Source: Trichosphaerium sp. ATCC 40318 (taxonomy: Eukaryota; Protista; Tubulinea). Taken from it: DNA of 64,000 nt. The stretch lies in assembly GCA_038496445.1 (NCBI GenBank), contig JALMLS010000056.1, positions 248,001-312,000 of the forward strand, read 5' to 3'. The position numbers and the translations under genes were made by a program. Shown in pieces: positions 61,301 to 64,000 of this stretch. Numbering within the stretch: position 1 is the stretch's first letter; the number at the start of each line of letters is the position of its first letter. The notes under the pieces were generated by a model. The model was given only the letters and a program-made list of their open reading frames with translations, was not told where the DNA came from and did not search any database.

Positions 61301-64000
61301 AGAGATGAGGGTACACACCAAAACGTGGAATGCATTTCAAGCTCATATTGTCTAGGATCGTGTATCACGATCAAAGAGTGAATTTTTAATGGAGAAGTCT
61401 GAAAAGGCTTTAGAGAAGCAAGAGTATGATAAAATTCGTCATCTTATTAAATTTATTGGAAGACTTTGTGAAAAGAATCCAGATATTCAAGTACGCAAGA
61501 ACTGCCTTCCTTAAAGGATTATCTTTGTGCTAACTACTTTTGTGCTGTCTAGGTATATGCAAGGTCACAACCCGACGCGTATGTATCAGTTGACTTACTT
61601 CAGAATACATTACTGTTCTTACAAGAAGCTACTGGTGAAATGACTTTAAACAGATACTTGGTATAGTCAGAAAAGTTACGAAAATTCATACTTACTCACT
61701 CCTTCTATTAGATAGAGACGATTTACAAATCGCTTTCACAAATACTCGCGGGAGCACAAGAGCTTGAGATTGGTCCTGATTTTATAGACCTAATGATTGA
61801 TCAAAGTGAAGACTTGATATTGCCTCGAGTCGACGAGGTACATACCAAGAATAATAGTCAAAGATCTTAACAATTCCGCAAATAGGCTCTACACATGAAG
61901 AAAGCGGTAGTCAACTTCCTCAATACAGTAGCGAGTATCCCTGATGTGAATAATATTATGGTAAAGGAGAAGGATCTAGTCTTCTTGGCTACCTTGGTAA
62001 GCTCTAATTCAAACGATGTTTCTTGGGTTTTCTTACTTTTTCAGGTTGATCATATGAATGAGTATGCGAAGATACATTCAGATAAAAACAAGCAGAATAT
62101 GCCTCGCGAAACGCTTCGTAATTTAGAAAAACTTGTACGCTGATTTGTTAGATTGTGTATCCTGAGTGGTTCTAACTATTTCCTTCAAAGGTTCTCGCTT
62201 CATACCGCCTTGTAAAGATTCTTGTCATAGCGGATGAACGTAGTATAAACGAGGTATGTAAAGATTACTCCATCCAATCCACTTACAGTACTTTCTAGCA
62301 TATCCATGCAGCAAATGATGCGTGTGATAAGTTATATGAAGATAAAGTAATTGGTCAAGTTGAGATACTTAACAAAGATAAAGACTTGCTTAAAGTATGT
62401 TCTTTTGGACCCTTTTTTTGTTGTATACAAACTTATCACGTGATTTTTAGGTTTATTTTCCTGTACCCAAATCTTGTATTTATCTTGACAGAGAGTTTGG
62501 AGCTCAAAAACTTCAGAGTTCTTTAGATGATGAACTTATTACGCACATTTACTCTACAAGTAACTGGTATGCTTATTATACCTAACTTATCTTGTATTTT
62601 TCTTGTTTAACAGTTAATACTTTAGGCGTAATCCAGTGTCTAAATTACGAGCTTATGTCCAGTGGGCAGCTGTGCTGCTACTTAATTTAGTACGTCTTTT
62701 TTATTATTATTATATTCTTGTGATTATTCTACAGGAAAATCTTCGCTTCTTTCATAAGCTGCGACTTGGAAAACTACTCAAATTCTTTGAAATACAACGT
62801 ATCATAGCATTCACCATAGCGTTACTCATAAACTGTCTCTTGATTGCATTCCTGAACGAAGATAATGACTTCAGGTACCTCTTTTATTGTTGTTATCATG
62901 TTGATAAATTTGTAGATATGTGGGCGTTCAGTGGGCAGTACGTATACTGGGTATAATACATATACTCAGTGCTGGTATTTTATTCCTATCATTTGTGACT
63001 CACAAAGGATTTCTGATAGTAAACAAGCGGTGAGCCACTAGGTTGTTCTTGTTTTTTTCTTACACTTCGTTTAGGTGGATGAGCGAAGTAAGAAAGGATC
63101 GATCTGTTGCTGAAAATGTACTCATGAGTTCTAAAGATAGACGAGTATGTCCACGCAAATAGCAATACAATATTATCTTTAGACCTTTTTGACCTCAGTT
63201 CTTTTTCGAAAGAATTGGCTTTTGTTTAAGCTTCCCTTTGCTTATCATTGAATAGAAATTCTTGATAGAAAATAGAGGAATCTGTTACTATATGACAAGA
63301 TCTATTGGTCATTTCTTCGTCTCTCCTTTGACTATTTACTACCTTTTGTATTTTGCGACAAGTCTACTAGGTACAGAGTTATCTTATGGCTTTTATATCA
63401 AAATCAGTTTGTACTAATGTTACTCAAAAGGTTCTGCTGTAAATCCGTTCTTCTTTGCTTTTCATTTGTTTGATATAATCAATTGGAGCGACGAACTCAA
63501 AAGGATTGTCAAAGCGCTTACGTTCAATACAAAGAAACTCTTACTACTGGTATGTTCAATAATCATTAGAGTCACTATACTCTAAGAGAGTTAGTCATAA
63601 CTGACAGTCTTTGTTCACTTTTGTTTCTCGAGTTCCATAGAGCGCTTTCTTACTTACTTTTTTTGCCTTTAGCTTATATTAATCGTATTTGTAAACTGGG
63701 CATTTGCAATTGTTGGATTTCTGTGGTTACAAGATACTTTCGATTCAGCGAATGGAGCATTTTGTGATTTTCCAGTACAATGTCTCATATCGTGCCTGCA
63801 GTATGGGTGCGTGTATTCGACTACCTCTAAATGTGTTAAAGTCTGGCTAACTGTATTGGACGTATAGAGTTGGCATGGGAGGCGCATTGATGGAATTCCA
63901 GACGCCTATCAGTTGGGGACCGAGAAGTGCTTTGTTGTTTTGGTTTAACGTGTTCTACTTTTTGACGAACGGCATGTTGCTCCTCAATGTTATTCTATCG
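55329..64000 (+). CDS. IP3 receptor/ryanodine receptor-like Ca2+-release channel (3' end off window)
   Basis: MIR-like strands. RIH domains (LCQNHPKN...VFTNNDELL...LSAMCTSNGLPIAKNQTEIC and FCADNARNQ). RIH-associated IGRLCE, GQVEIL...KVYFPVP, and the channel domain PFFFAFHLFDII...pore C...C...YG...LLNVI. About 40 introns. Confidence 0.9.

Overview
This is eukaryotic genomic DNA, not prokaryotic. It is AT-rich (about 35-37% GC by eye) and very gene-dense, with intergenic gaps often 90-300 bp and a short (mostly 35-100 nt) spliceosomal intron roughly every 100 nt of coding sequence. The ORF track therefore shows only exon fragments. The overall style suggests a free-living protist, plausibly an amoebozoan (inference). 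By manual splicing I can support about 22 protein-coding genes: two tandem LRR receptor-like paralogs, an ankyrin-DHHC palmitoyltransferase, an OMS1-like methyltransferase, a Crinkler-like PD-(D/E)xK nuclease + kinase gene, an FkbM methyltransferase, a repeat protein, a small ankyrin protein, a Tom40/Mdm10-like beta-barrel, CDC26, F-box-TPR, a multipass membrane protein, a WD40 protein, a Myb+C2H2 transcription factor, G-alpha, RPS14, a Q-rich coiled-coil protein, HRD1, TMEM161, an intronless F-box-LRR, a secreted/GPI protease-VWD-EGF protein, an F-box...SPRY protein and an IP3R/RyR-like channel that runs off the right end. I saw no rRNA, tRNA or CRISPR array. The most notable observations are the nuclease-kinase gene with a 33-bp repeat stalk, the protease with a GDPH autocleavage site on a GPI-anchored stalk, the IP3R-like channel with a non-canonical pore (GGALME), the one-LRR-per-exon receptor pair with patchy identity, the intronless F-box-LRR resembling giant-virus repeats, strong over-representation of the palindrome TCACGTGA, and +4C-dominated 5' splice sites. 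Gene models were spliced by hand and no database searches were run.
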